Shown one piece after another: positions 51,278 to 64,000 of a DNA stretch of 64,000 nt (position 1 is its first letter; each line of letters starts with the position of its first letter). The notes beneath the pieces are model-generated. The model was not told the DNA's origin, searched no databases, and worked only from the letters and a program-made list of their open reading frames with translations. Where the stretch lies: the NCBI RefSeq assembly GCF_001447785.1, contig NW_015159728.1, positions 531,622-595,621 of the forward strand, read 5' to 3'. The position numbers and the translations under genes are program-made. The stretch comes from Gekko japonicus. Its lineage: Eukaryota.

Positions 51278-51839
51278 CTTTAAGAGAAGATAACAAAACA
51301 CAGATTACAATTAGCATATTTCAGAGCAGACGGTATCAGCACAGATGGGTGAAGAGTCATCTTTACAAGAAATGCCAAAAGAAGATAATGCATTCCAATA
51401 AATGTATTAGCCTTCAGGCACGAAGCTGGAAATGCAGTCTCCCTGAGGACTAATCTCTAAAAATAATAAGGGCAGGTTCCAATAGCATTTCTGATCAAAT
51501 AATGCTAGGATACTGACTGAAATATTATCCAGACCTGTGCCTCTACTGGACACACACTACTGGACATACAAACACTACTGATGCAGTCTTTACTTAAATG
51601 AAATCCACCCAAACAACCCACTAACAAGATGACATTTTAGGGTAAGGCAGCTAGGCTAACACTTTCTTTTTGTGATAAATGTAATAACTTATCTTTTTTG
51701 TGATACATCATTGTACAAAGATTAAAAATTTTGTGCTGTAATCTTACATACACTTACTTAGGAGTAAGTGTTAAAATCAAAACCTGCTTCTTAATAAACA
51801 TGCATATGACTGGGCTGTATGGGGTACAGCTATCAAGCC

Positions 51840-52890
51840 AGCTCAAAACAGAAGAACAAGTGTTGGTTTTAGGAAGGTCTAATGGCGATTCAGGATTGGG
51901 GAGTCAACTCCCAGTCCTTGATGGGGTGCCTCTGACACCGGCACCTACTGTCAGGAGCCTGGGGGTGATCTTGGACCCTGCTCTGTCCATGGAGGCCCAG
52001 ATCACCAACGCTGTACACTAGGCATTCTTCCAACTGCACCAAGGTAGGCAGCCGGCCCCCTACCTGTCTCGCCCCAACCTTGCCACAGTAATCCATGCAA
52101 TGGTCACCTCCAGGCTGGATTACTGTAACTCGCTTTACGTTGGGCTACCCTTGAGACTGACCCGGAAGCTCCAAATGGTACAAAATGCGGCTGCGTGGGT
52201 CCTTACAGGGACCCCACAGAGAGCAAATATCCATCCAGTGCTGCATGAGCTACACTGGTTGCCAGTGGAGCATCGGATCGGATTCAAGGTTTTGGTGCTT
52301 ACCTTTAAAGCCCTTAACAGTAAGAGACCTACGTATCTTCGGGACCACCTCTCCCAATATGTCCCCTGAAGGGCATTAAGATCAGCAGACAAGAATCTTT
52401 TGGTGATTCCCGGCCCCAAAGATATCTGGCTGGCCTCAACCAGCCTTTCTCAGCCTTGGCCCCAGCCTGGTGGAACTCTCTGTCGAATGACATCCGTGCC
52501 CTGCCTCATCTATTAGAGTTCCGCAGGGCATGCAAGGCAGAGATGTTCCGCCAGGCCTTCGGTTGAGGCCAGCGATGGTTCCCTTACATCTGCCCGGCAC
52601 CCTCCCCTCCCCCCTCCCCTCATGAAAATCTGAATGCTAGGTATGCCATCTTGTTTAAAGTGTTGAAATATCCATGTTGAATTTTTTATATTGAATTCTG
52701 TAGTTTTAACTGGTTTTAAAATTGTATTGGAATTTATGCTGTTGTATGAGCACTGCAACCCTAGAGTCTGATTCGACTGGCTTTCGAGCAAGGGAAACCT
52801 TTACCTTTACCTAAACCACACTGAGCCCCGCAAAAGGGGGAAGGGTGGTTAAGAAATTGAATTAGATCAATCAATCAAATGAAATAAATC
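51840..52890 (+). mobile_element. L2 LINE 3' portion, with a Sauria-SINE 3' piece inserted at about 52747-52812
   Basis: VRSLGVILDPALSMEAQI, MVTSRLDYCNSLYVGLP..QNAAA; Sauria tail GGGAAACCTTTACCTTTACCT. Confidence 0.85.
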
Positions 52891-54579
52891 TATTTCAGTG
52901 GGGCTTACTCCCAAGAAAGCATTCTTAGAAGCATGTCATTAATCTGCTGCCTGACACCTCTTACCCCTTATAACCAGCTTTTACTTTGCATCCCTCCAAA
53001 TGCTTCAATAAGCCACATGAATCAACTTTGGTGGCAAGGAAACAGTTTCGAGCAAAAAGCCACATGAATCATCTTTGCTTCATATCCACTTCCTACTTTT
53101 CAAAAGCATACTAGCGCTCCCTTAACAGCCAAGGGATCTGCTACTCAGCTCATTCTTTCTGCAAAGAGTTCTTTCTGAACATTCTCACCAGAATATTCCT
53201 AAATCATTTTTTTTGCTTGAGAAAGTTTTACCAGTGACATACTGTTCAAGAATGTGCTACAAAAGAGGCATAATGCATTCTGGTTCATCTCGCTCACTGA
53301 CCAAACAGAAATCATGTGACACCAATTTAACTCTTCACATTCCTTCTGGATCCATATCAACAAGGTACTGTTTTCTGGATCAACAGGCTTCCCTACAACA
53401 AACTAGGAGGCTAAATCAAATGGAATCAATGATGCAGCATCAGTCAATCAACACAATTGCTAAGAATTAAACCAAAGTGACTAAATCAATAGCCGATGGA
53501 ACGCAAGAGGAGGACAGTCTGCAGCGACACTTCCTACTTTCCCAATTTGATTTACATTGCAAAAAATATCACTTCTAACAACCACAGGAGAAAAGGTAAT
53601 AAAGGAGATGCTGGTATAATATATTGTATAAAAAACAACTAAGGCAGCTTTCTGATCTGACCCTCATGGATGAAAATTATGAGTCCTGAACTATTCAGCC
53701 CAAGTGAACGCACAGTCCTCGACACTGCTGTCAGCAACCTTGAAGAAGAAAGACAGGCGTTTACCCTTAGCAGCAGATACCATCTGATGGCCAGTTCATT
53801 CCCATATCACCCCTTATCCTGCAAATCCTGCTTGAGACGCATAAAAACCTGCAGCTCACACCTTCAGAAAAACCTCTGAAACCCATGAAGAACAATGCAT
53901 GTGTGGCCATATAAAATATACAACTTTATTAATAACAACATCTTTCCTACATAGTTATGCCAATTTAAAAATGCTCAAACCACACATGGGGTACCACTTC
54001 AAATAAGAGCAGTCGAAAGAATAAGGTCAGACCATCCTACTTTTAATTAACTTCCGAGTTCATTAGAATAATGATGACAAAGGCTTTAATCTGACACAGC
54101 TCTCCACTCATCCCAAAATGGGAAGCCTCCCTAACCAGGGAAAGATGACATCTGGCTGCTAGAGCTACAGCCCAAATCCTGCTGGCCATGATTTACCACA
54201 AAAGAAATGCAATCCAGACAACTCTGTCAGAGGCACTGCTGATGTGACTGGCCTGCCAGAAAAACATTAAGGAATTTATTTATCCTGCACTGAGTTCCCC
54301 TCCTCTCTCTCTCCAGAAAGGAGAAGCGTGAGCAAGAGAGGCTCTTTATCAACTTGTACTTATGGGCCTGACGCATGACAGAGAGTAGAAGACGTGGATT
54401 AGGGTCACGCTGCGTGAAAGGGGGAAGCGTGTATGGGTCACACCATTACTGAGCTGTGGACTCAGAAGGGCAGTTCACAGATTAAAAGCGCTGTAGTATC
54501 TCCGCTCCAGGAACGGGGAGGGGGCAAGAGCCTCAGCCTACAATTTCTGGGAGGAAAGCCCAAGAAGGGAAGGGGGGCA

Positions 54580-55240
54580 ACCCTGAGTGGCATTCCCTCG
54601 GGTGGTACCGTCCGGACGCGTCACAATCCCGCTGTAGGGACGAGGAGGAGGGCCTCAGGCGTCGTTCTCAGTGGAGGAACGGGGGCGACTTTGTTAGGGG
54701 CACCCCGAGGCTCACTATACGAGCTGCCGTCGCCTGCGCAAAGAGAGGCCAACACGCGCTTTCCAGTCCCCGAGGGTGGACGACGCGGGCTTCCCGGGCT
54801 CCAGTCCCACCCCAACCCACCCCACGGTTACCATTCCCCGTGGGGCAACACAACCCCGCCGCCCTCTGAGTGGTTCCTGTTCAGCGCCATCTTCGCAGCC
54901 AGCGACACCAACTGGGGCGGTCCTCCTCTCGCATCCTTCCCCACTTCCCGCGAAGGCGCCCCGCAGCAGCCGTGACCTCCCGGCGCTCCAGCCCGCCTCT
55001 TCGCGGGGCGGGGCAAGTGGGAGATTGGCCGGGGGGCCGACGGAGGCGGGGCCTTCCTTGTCACGTGAGGAGGAGGGCGGGGTTAATAACGGAAGTGCAC
55101 GCCGCCGCGGCGGGGGCGCTTCTAGTTTTGCTGGTTAGTCCAAGGCAGTTGTACTTTTATGTTGGTGTGATTGTAAGAGCCCGACCTCGTGGTAGAAGGG
55201 CCGTGACGCAGCAGCCTCGTCGAGTGTGTTCTCCCTAGTC
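54580..55240 (-). promoter_or_regulatory. CpG-island promoter of WBP2NL
   Basis: Dense CpG, GC boxes (GGGGCGGGG), ATTGG, GTCACGTGAG (55060), CGGAAGTG (55090), YY1-like GCCATCTT over the ATG. Confidence 0.8.
54832..54890 (-). CDS. WBP2NL: WBP2NL exon 1
   Basis: AAGATGG start; MALNRNHSEGGGVVLPHGE; 59 nt; GTAACC donor; locus between NAGA and SEPTIN3. Confidence 0.9.
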
Positions 55241-56515
55241 AGGGATGTAATTATTATTATGCTTTATTTATATTTATGGCCTGCCTTTCTCGTTAGGACT
55301 CAAGGCGGATTACACCCAATAAATCAAGTCAACAGGGGCATCCAATAGACCAGGGGTACCCAACCTTTTTGAGCCTGCTGGGCACATTTGGAATTCCGAC
55401 AAGTTATGGTGAGTGCAGCAACAAAATGACTGCCACAGGAGGCAGCGCCAGCCACAAAATGACTGACACAACTTAACTTTCAGTCGCACAGTGCTGATCC
55501 TTGTGCTGTGGTGGCAGCTGCCCGACCACTGGAATAATTCAGTTTTACGTAGCCTTTAAAAAGCCAGGAGGTTCTTCACCTCATCATGAAGACCATTCCA
55601 GTAACGTGGGGGCCACATTAGAGAATGCGTGTGTACAGGCAGTTGTTGATTTTGTCCATTTGTAGGTTGGTACCTGCAGATGGCCTTGCTCAGAGGAGCA
55701 AAGCTGGGTTGGAAAATACCTGGAGATTTGGGAGGGGGGGGTGGAGCTTGAGGAGACCGGGGTTTGGGGGGGGAGGGATTTCAATGAGGTATGATGCCAC
55801 AGAGTCCCAACTTCCAAAGCAGTCATTTTCTCGAGGGGAACTGATCTCTATCACCTGGAAATCAGTTGTAATCCCAGGAGATCTCTAGTCACCACCTGAA
55901 GGTTGGCAACCATACTGTAATGACAGCATAGAGGAAGAGGCAGTCCCACAAATATGAAGGACCAAGGCCGTAGAGGGCTTTGCATGTGGTAGTTGAATAG
56001 CCAGTACCTTGAATTATCTTGATAATTGATGGGCAACTCATGGAGTGATTGCAGAATGGAAGTAGTATACATGCTGCATTTGGTTCCCAATAGTAACTGA
56101 GCTGCAGTATTCTGCACCAACTGGAGTCTCCCAATTGACTTTGAGAGGAGATCTATGTAGAGCGCATTACAGTAGTTTAGTCTCAGTGTTATCAATAGGG
56201 ATGGGCATGAACCTAAAAAAGGCGGTTCAAGGCGGCCCATAGACCGAACCCCAAATCAAACAGGCCCCACACAAACTGAACAGGTCTGGCAATTTCAGTT
56301 CCCCCTTTCTCCTGTGCGATACACCAGCAGCTGGTTATTGTCACCATCTTCCTCTGGATGATCATGTGTCTCAGCAGTCCAGTTGTTCCTTGGTCACTCA
56401 TCAAACTGCATCATTCTGGTTGCAGTAATTTGGTTAGTTGTTGGGTCTAGAATTCTGTTGTTGGATTCCATGCTCCCTTAGGAATGCCTGCACTGATCTT
56501 GACATGTATTCACCA

Positions 56516-56867
56516 TAGGGTTGTCAGACCCCACCCCGTTGGAGACAACATTCCCCCACTGCCAGGCCCCACCTCTCCATTGCCAATCAGCTGGCTGGCA
56601 GAGGGGTGAACTTACCCCCCAAAAGATGGAAATCCATCTGACATGCAGCAACATGTCTGCGTCACTGACACATGACCCAGAAGTGACAAGTGGGCAAATA
56701 CTCTGTGGTAGAAGCCAAATTTGCCATAGAGTTTTTGCCCAAATACCACAGTGTCACCCTGAACGTGATGGCATCACTTCTGGGTCACGTGGGCAGTGAC
56801 GTGGACATGTCGCTGTCTGTCAGATAGGCTCCCAGTAAGTCCCCTCATCTCCCGCCTGGCAACCCTA
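56516..56867. mobile_element. hAT-type MITE
   Basis: TAGGGTTGTCAG / CTGGCAACCCTA; TSD ATTCACCA/ACTCACCA. Confidence 0.7.
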
Positions 56868-58704
56868 ACTCACCAAGAAGAAAATAAAAGGAGGCATCAC
56901 AGGGCAATTCCCAGGTTAAGACAAAGAGAGGCATCCCATTTAAGGATATAGTGCCTGTAATCATATTCTCATAGTTTTTTATAGTTAATCTTTTATAGTT
57001 ATATATTTGCTAGTTATTATATGATAGTATAAACCTTGTATAAAGATAAGAAAAATGTTTTTACTGTTTTATTTTTTATGTTTCTTGCTCATGCTTTCCT
57101 ACCTAGCCCTATAGATAGGAAAAAATGGCAATAGACACAGAAGTATATTATGTTGGCGTATTGATTATCTTACCATATTTTGATTTATGATGCTTTTTCA
57201 TGTTTTATAATATTATGCAATATCCTTTAAATGCGTTTAACAAATAATATTTTATGCTCTCACTTTTCCCTTTGTCCCTTTTCATTTTGTATCCCTTTAA
57301 ATGATAAAATTACATATATGAATAAAAGGATATAACACCTGTACACACTTAGAGTGTGGTGCCTCTCCTCCCCCCCCCCCAATGTCCAGGCGTGCTGAGT
57401 CACTCACTCCAACAGTTGCAAACATTAGCTTTGACCAAATGAAGGACTTACTGGTATAAATGACTGATGAACCAACTGACCAAATAAAGTAACACACCAT
57501 TTGTTCAAATGACACTTTGTTTAATCAGACAACAGAACACAATAGAAAGTTAAGTCTACTTACATTTACATCACTGGTATATGTCTGTCATTTTTTTCTC
57601 AATTAGGGCTAGACAGATAACAAAGAACTTCAATAGGATACTTTCGTGGGCTGGAGCTATCAGAAGGATCCAGGCTTCATTCATTCCCTCATGCTTTCAT
57701 ATCTTGCTCTAAATTACCTTATAATAATCTACCGGTGTGCCCATGAACTTTATTCCAAGAAGGGTCTAGATTTCCAAAATGCTTGAGTACATCTTGATAT
57801 GCACAATGACAATGTGGAATTTACAGAGACCACAAGAGGATTCTGCTGATACTTTCTCAAATGGTATCCTTTGCCTCTGTTTATGGCCTTTTGTCCCTGT
57901 GTTATCATACAGATCCATGTGTAGCATCAAAGACAGAAAAAAAGAGGAAAACCAAAATATCACCTTCCTAACGTCTTATCACACGGTTGGCACTGCATCA
58001 TTGTAATACCAGTAATCCAAGAGAGTATTGTTTAGTCAGTTAAGTATTGACATTGGGGGGAGACTGGAATGGAGAATAAGCACACACGCACAAACACAAA
58101 CCCCTGGCTGCTGCAGAAGACTATGAACACCTGGAGTTCCCATTCTTGGCCACTGAAAGACAAAGGTCTATCCAGACAAGGGGTGTATGCAGATCACTGC
58201 TTTCCCCCATAATGGACTGCGTTGACCGGAAGCTTAGATTGAGTATAACATAAATGGGAAATTCTCTGGACTTGCTCAGTTTGGCATGAGAATACAATTC
58301 TAAACCTAATTTTATTACATTGCAAGTAAAGTAGCACACAAAAATATTTTTTTGTAGTTTTTAGAGTTATGCAAACAAAAACTGTAGGGCAGGCAAGGAA
58401 CCCATCAAGACTTCTCCATTTGGGATGCCCAGACCAGTCCAGTCCAAACTTCCTTCATTAAAGAGAAAAATCTTCATTCATTCCTCAAGTGCACTGCTGC
58501 CATATAGAACGGAAACAAAACATAACGGAACCAAAACATAATTAAAGTTACAGTGAAAGGAAAAGCAATAGTATCAGTGCCTTGTATATCTTGTATTGTC
58601 AGTGAGAGATGCTGTGAGAAGTGAGCTTTTTGTTATGATCTCACCAGTCCTTGCTTGTTTCAGTGCCAAAAAGACAGCGGCTTAAATAGATGGGTACTAA
58701 TGGC

Positions 58705-58826
58705 TTCTAGTCGTGCCAGCCACATGACCACGGAAACATCTTCGGACAGCACTGGCTCTTCGGCTTGGAAATGAAGATGAGCACCACAACCCTAGAGCTT
58801 TCGAGCAAGGGAAACCTTTACCTTTA
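58705..58826 (+). mobile_element. Sauria SINE 3' half
   Basis: GCCACATGACCACGGAAACATCTTCGGACAGCACTGGCTCTTCGGCTTGGAAATG..ACCTTTACCTTT. Confidence 0.8.
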
Positions 58827-59725
58827 ATGGCTTCTGCAGCTTTGAAGATACATCTTGCATTAGGACTGTGAATAAACCGGTGAGCATGTTATAGCCATTA
58901 AGTGGAGACTGACCTGCTTTAAACTGTTCCATATTACAGCTTTCTGTACATGGTGAGCTGTTTGTGTGTTGCAGTTCACTACATGAATGGACTCCTTTTC
59001 TCCACAATGCACATGGCTTGAAAAAACTGCTGGTCCCCTTAATAAATCGTGGTGTACAAACAACTCACCCCATGGAGACAGGCATCTAAGGATGTGACAA
59101 AAACACCATACCTTGATGGTCACCCTCATCAGGAGAGAGACAAGGGTGCTGCTTCTACAGGATCTCTCAATGGTTTTCAGTATCACCAGCCATAATATCC
59201 TAGATGGGCTAATTGAGATGGGGTTTCAGGGACACAACACTTTGGTGGTACCATTCTTATCCGGCTCACAGCTTCCAGAAGGTGGTGCTGTGGGACAGCT
59301 GCTCAACTACATTGCGCTGGGAAGTCCTGCAAAGTTCCATGCTGTGCCCCAAACCATTTGCTTGTAATTGCTGGGAGAGGTTGTATTGTGATTTGGAGGA
59401 AGCATCAGAATGCCAGTGACACAGTACTTCATTTCTCCTTTTCAGCAGAGTCTGATGAGATAGCCCAATAGTCTGAACAGATGTCTCAAGGCAGCAATGA
59501 ATGGGCTAATAAACTGAAATACAGCCCAGACAGGACTGAGGTGCTGATGACTGATAATATGGCTAATAGGAGAGTGAGGATACAATCTGTTCTACAATGG
59601 GGATGGCTCTCCGAAAGGGTTTGCCACTTGAGGATGCCATTAGATACATGCCTAAAAACTGATGTACCAAGTTGCTTCTGTGGCATGTAGCATCTTTAAC
59701 CAACTTCAATTAGTGCAGCAGTTAT

Positions 59726-59975
59726 ATATTCAGTTGGGTAGCCATGTTGGTCTGAAGCAGCAGAACAAAGTTTGAGTCTATAAGCTTTCATGTGCATGCA
59801 CACTTCATCAGATACAATGAAACGGAAATTGCCAGTCCATGTACCTATATGTATGGAATGGTAATTTCCATTTCACTGTGGCTGAAGATGTGTGTGTGCA
59901 CACAAAAGCTTATACCTTGAACAAAAGTTTGTTGGTCTTAAAGGTGCCACTGGACTTAAACTTTGTTTTGCAGCA
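59726..59975. mobile_element. Fold-back Penelope-like remnant within a decayed L2 (about 59100-60300)
   Basis: Same sequence as 32858-33580, arranged as a hairpin. Confidence 0.7.
59779..59815 (-). ncRNA. Minimal hammerhead ribozyme motif (Penelope-associated)
   Basis: Minus strand GTAT-CTGATGA-A-GTGTGC(AT)GCACAT-GAAA-GCT-T-ATA. Confidence 0.6.
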
Positions 59976-62736
59976 GTTACAGCCTTCCTTGAGAAGCAAG
60001 ATCTGATCATAGCGATCTATGGTCTGCTCTGATCTAGGTTAAGAGGGCTCCAGTACATTCTGCCTTCGAGGGGCATTTAAAACCTTCACTTGGTTCAAAA
60101 TGCAGCAACAAGATTTTAGCTGGTGTTGATTTCAGTGTTAAGAAAACTCCACTGGTTGCCTATTCATTTCTGGGCACTGTATGCATCTGCCAAACAGTTA
60201 AGATCATCTTAAGATGCCCTGCCTCCTCCATCAGGAAGGAGGTGGGTGATCACCAGAGATGGAGCTTTTTCTGTTGTGTCACCTTGTCCTCTACAACCAC
60301 TTGCCCAGCACTAGTACTGGGGGTGGAGGGGGGGGGGATTTTTCTTTTCCCTGGCATTTGTGACTTAATATTGAAGGTCGTTGGTTATAGTTTATGGCTA
60401 TATTAATTTGATCTTTAAAAAAAAAACAGTATGTTTTATTGCTCTGACTGTTGCTCTCCTTTATTGTTTAGAACTTCTTTGGCTTCTTGGCAATGGCAAT
60501 TTTTATGCTTTAGTTCTGTATTATTAATGGTGAGTGTGCCAGACTAGGACTGGGGATACCTGTCTTCAAAGCCCCGGCTCACTGGGTATTCTGGGGCCAG
60601 TCATAATCAGTCTAACCTTCTGCACAGGAAACGCAAAGCAGGGAGAACCACGTATGCCACTAGCACCCTCCTTGGAGGAAGAGGGATTAAAAATGTAGCA
60701 TAAAAATGTTAGTTCTATGCTGTGGTTTTATGCTATTGCCTTATGCTGTAGCTTTATTGTTAATCTTCTGCTACTGTTAATTTTTTTTAAATCATTACAT
60801 TTTTTTAAAAAACAACCCTTTGTAAACTGCCTTAAAAGTATTTTAGCAGAAAGCAGGCCATAAAATTGTTTTAAATAAAATAAATACAGTAGTTGAATAA
60901 ATAGCCTCTTATGAAGAACAACTTCTCATGTTATTTGAAGGTTTATCTCACTAGTTTGTAAAAGGACGCAGAATACACAATGGAGGTCTCTTTGTGACTC
61001 CCTAGCTCTATGGAATGTCCTCCCTAAAGAGGCAATCCCTTGGCCATATTAGATTAGGTTATTCTGGAAAATACTCCTTTATACATTCTGTTTTAATAAT
61101 CAGTGGCAACTGTGGACTACTGTGTACTAGATTATATAGTATTGGTGTCAGTCTTTTTCTCGTTATATCTTTACAACTTTGTATACCTTGTGTAGTTGTT
61201 AACTACCTTGGTTCCATCTAGAGAAAGACTGGGTATAATTTCTAAATAAATAACTATTGGGCAGAAGGGAATAGTGAGGGTATATGCACTGACATCCGCA
61301 AATGAGCAAAGGCTGCTTATTCTTGTGAAAGAGGGAACAAAACTGACCTATATTTTATGGCACTTTGGGAGGCAGTGTGAAACAGTGATGACAGAGGAGG
61401 GCTAATATGGGACTCGTTCTACCCAGGCCATTACCTTATCCTAAACCTTCAGCAGGGACTCCCCACACACCTTGATATCTTTTCTCCATAGCCATGAGAG
61501 CCAGGCACTTGTTCTTTGTTTAAATAATACATGCTGGAATTGTGAGGGCCAGCATGGAGCTGCCAGATTCCATTTTGGGATGTTGGCAGTTGGCAGCCAT
61601 GTGGCTCACAAGACCCAGTCTCAGCAAAATCTACAATATGCACAGATCAGGGTAAGGAAGCCACACAATGGAATTAAAGAAGAACATGCCCTAGCTAGTT
61701 ACACTGTTCCTTCAAAGATTCTTTATGTTGACTGACCTCTGAGTGTACACAGTCTGGGGAATATTCCCAGCATAAGAGGTCCTCTGCTTAGCAGAGAGTT
61801 CCCCTCCCATAGTCAAGGGGTCAGAGGGAAGAAAGGCACAAGTGAGCCATGTTGCGCTCTTGCTGTTTTCCGTGGATGCAGCAATCCAAAGGGGATTGTC
61901 GCAATCATGGGTTTGTTAAAACATCTTGAAAGTAGCTCCGAGAATGCAGAATAACAAGGAGGATCAATACATATTGGAATTGTAACAGCAACTTAAGAGT
62001 GGCATTTATACTTATGACAAAAAAAATTTGCACCATGATTTGAAAGAGATTCCTTTCTTTAAAATGCTGTCCCCCATATCAAGAAATCTACTACTTCTGA
62101 ATCAATTCTCAACTCCACTTTTCTCTCCACAAATTTACCTCCTTCCAAGGGAAACAAGATAACCCAAACCCTGTCCATCTTCCCCATACTGACACCTTGA
62201 TTCTACTTGGTAATCAACCCCTCTCATTGATTTCGCTGGAATTTACTTCCAAATGTCCATTTCTCGTGCTTCCACACTGAAAAGTAAGCCTATAGAACAA
62301 GAACGGCGTAGCAACCCAATCTCTTCCAGCCCTATGAAACTCACATCCAAAGTATGGCTCTGTAGTTCCTGTAGTGCGTTCAACATCTTTACACCAGTCT
62401 CATTTTTCCCTTGCAGACATTCCAAGTGACCCCAGAGATCAAATCACTTCCCTTCAATATTTCCCACAATCATGATGCCCAGTTGAGAGTCTTGGAATAT
62501 GTGACAACGGAAGACTAGTGTCTGCTGTGCAAAATACAAAATTCATATAATAAAAAAGAACCAGACTGGGACATTTGGGGAAAGCTGGGAGCTGTGCCCC
62601 TAGTTCTTTCCTCATATGCACACACAAAGGATATTCCACATGCTTCAAAGAGAGGCCTGAATTCAAATCAAAGGTAAGGGTGGTGTGGTGGCTATAATTC
62701 ATAGACAGCAGGTGATAGCAGACCAGGAGGGGTCAT

Positions 62737-62872
62737 TCACAGATTGCTTTCATGATTTTCTTCTATCTCTACGGTCACCGGCGGAAGCCCCCCATTGTCA
62801 TTCAGTCGTTTAGCCCTGTAAGTTTCATAGTGGATGTTGTGTGTTACCTCCTTTAGGTCTTGAAGGTGGGTC
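62737..62872 (-). CDS. SEPTIN3: Neuronal septin 3, last coding exon (read-through, isoform B-type C-terminus); rest of gene lies beyond the window
   Basis: (R)THLQDLKEVTHNIHYETYRAKRLNDNGGLPPVTVEIEENHESNL*; polypyrimidine+CAG acceptor; synteny with WBP2NL. Confidence 0.93.
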
Positions 62873-64000
62873 CTGAAGAATACATGAGGAAAAGAAAAGG
62901 AGAAAAGAGAAGAAAGTTCACTAGATAAGTCATGTGATGTTCAAGTAGTTCATTGCATTAAAGGACAACTATCAGCAGAGTTCATCGAACAGTGGTAGTT
63001 TGCCATTTCACAGCACGTTCATTTATTCAAATGTATTTCTGAAGGATGCAGGGGGGCCCCCTTTTGTATCCCAACAACTAGAGTTTTGAACATGGGGGCT
63101 CCATTTAGGTAGCATGGCATCATCTAACCTCCATGAATTTAATCATCTTTTAAATTTACCTTTTATTGTCTGTGACCATCACTGTCTGTTATGGCAGTGG
63201 GTTCCAGAAATGTATGCCCCAAGTAAACTCCTGAAAATGGTAAATCAGTTTCACTGATGGACTAGGAGTGCCATCCTTAACAGAGTTATACCCTTCTAAA
63301 CCCATTGACTTCAGTGGATTTAGAAGGACGTAACTGTCTTGGAGAGCACTGTAAGTTCTCGTCTTACAAAGCAGGGAGAAAAATCTCTCTGTGCACTTTC
63401 TCTATATGATTCATAATTTAATCAACTTTTAATGTCCCACCCTTTAGTTGTCTTTTTCTAAAAAATTTTTTAAAGATTGCTGAATGTTTTATCCTTTCCT
63501 GATCAGGATGGTGCTCACACCCCTTAATCATTTTAGCTGCTATTTTCATAAACTTTTACAGCTTTATGATATATTTATTTTTGCTACACCAAATCTGTAT
63601 GCAATATTTATGCAACTGTACTATAGACTGATGTAATAGCATAATTATACTGGTTGCTTTATTTTCAATCCTTAGTGTGGACCTTGCCCTTTTCACTGCC
63701 ACGGCACTAACAAATTGATCCCAACAGGGTATAGGAAGTCAGGATGTTTGATCCCCTGCATCACATCTAATCACACTAATCTTATTTACCAGTTTCCCCC
63801 CATTTTTAACAAGTTTGGGGAAATGCTTCACATTGTCATCCTAAATACATTGGTGTTCACAAATAGCTACTTTGCTCATTCTTGATTCCAAATTATTTAT
63901 TAATATTAACACTAGTCCTACTGTAGTTCCTTGGGGGACCTCACAACTTACTTCACTCAACTGAAAGTACTTTCTAAAGGTAACTTTATATGCATTTGTA

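Noticed and set aside
54433-55238. Overlapping 120-180 aa ORFs
   Set aside because: Expected by chance in a GC-rich CpG island; only the 59-nt exon is supported
1-64000. CRISPR arrays, operons or viral genes
   Set aside because: No regularly spaced repeat-spacer array and no long unexplained ORF; sequence is intron- and repeat-rich vertebrate DNA

Overview
Vertebrate genomic DNA, almost certainly a squamate and probably a gecko (Squam3-like SINEs with (CTT)n tails, Sauria-SINE pieces, RTE/BovB, L2, CR1, Penelope and hAT-type MITEs). It carries the conserved synteny block PHETA2/FAM109B (-, single coding exon 6431-7222), NAGA (+, 8 coding exons 26886-40530, 431 aa), WBP2NL (-, 8 coding exons 54890-44574, 278 aa, WBP2-like architecture) and the last coding exon of SEPTIN3 (-, 62872-62737). 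Exons were read by hand from GT/AG boundaries, phase continuity and recalled homology. The most unusual items are: (1) two related CpG-rich, T-poor retroposons (30279-30922, 1039-1373), the longer one joining a Sauria-SINE tRNA head, an unrecognised body and an L2-type tail; (2) minimal hammerhead-ribozyme motifs in two fold-back Penelope remnants, with the intact-core copies in host-sense orientation; (3) a CLEAR/E-box cluster at the likely NAGA/PHETA2 head-to-head promoter; (4) ancestral motif and exon retention in PHETA2 and WBP2NL. No prokaryotic features or CRISPR arrays. No database searches were run, so family names come from recall.
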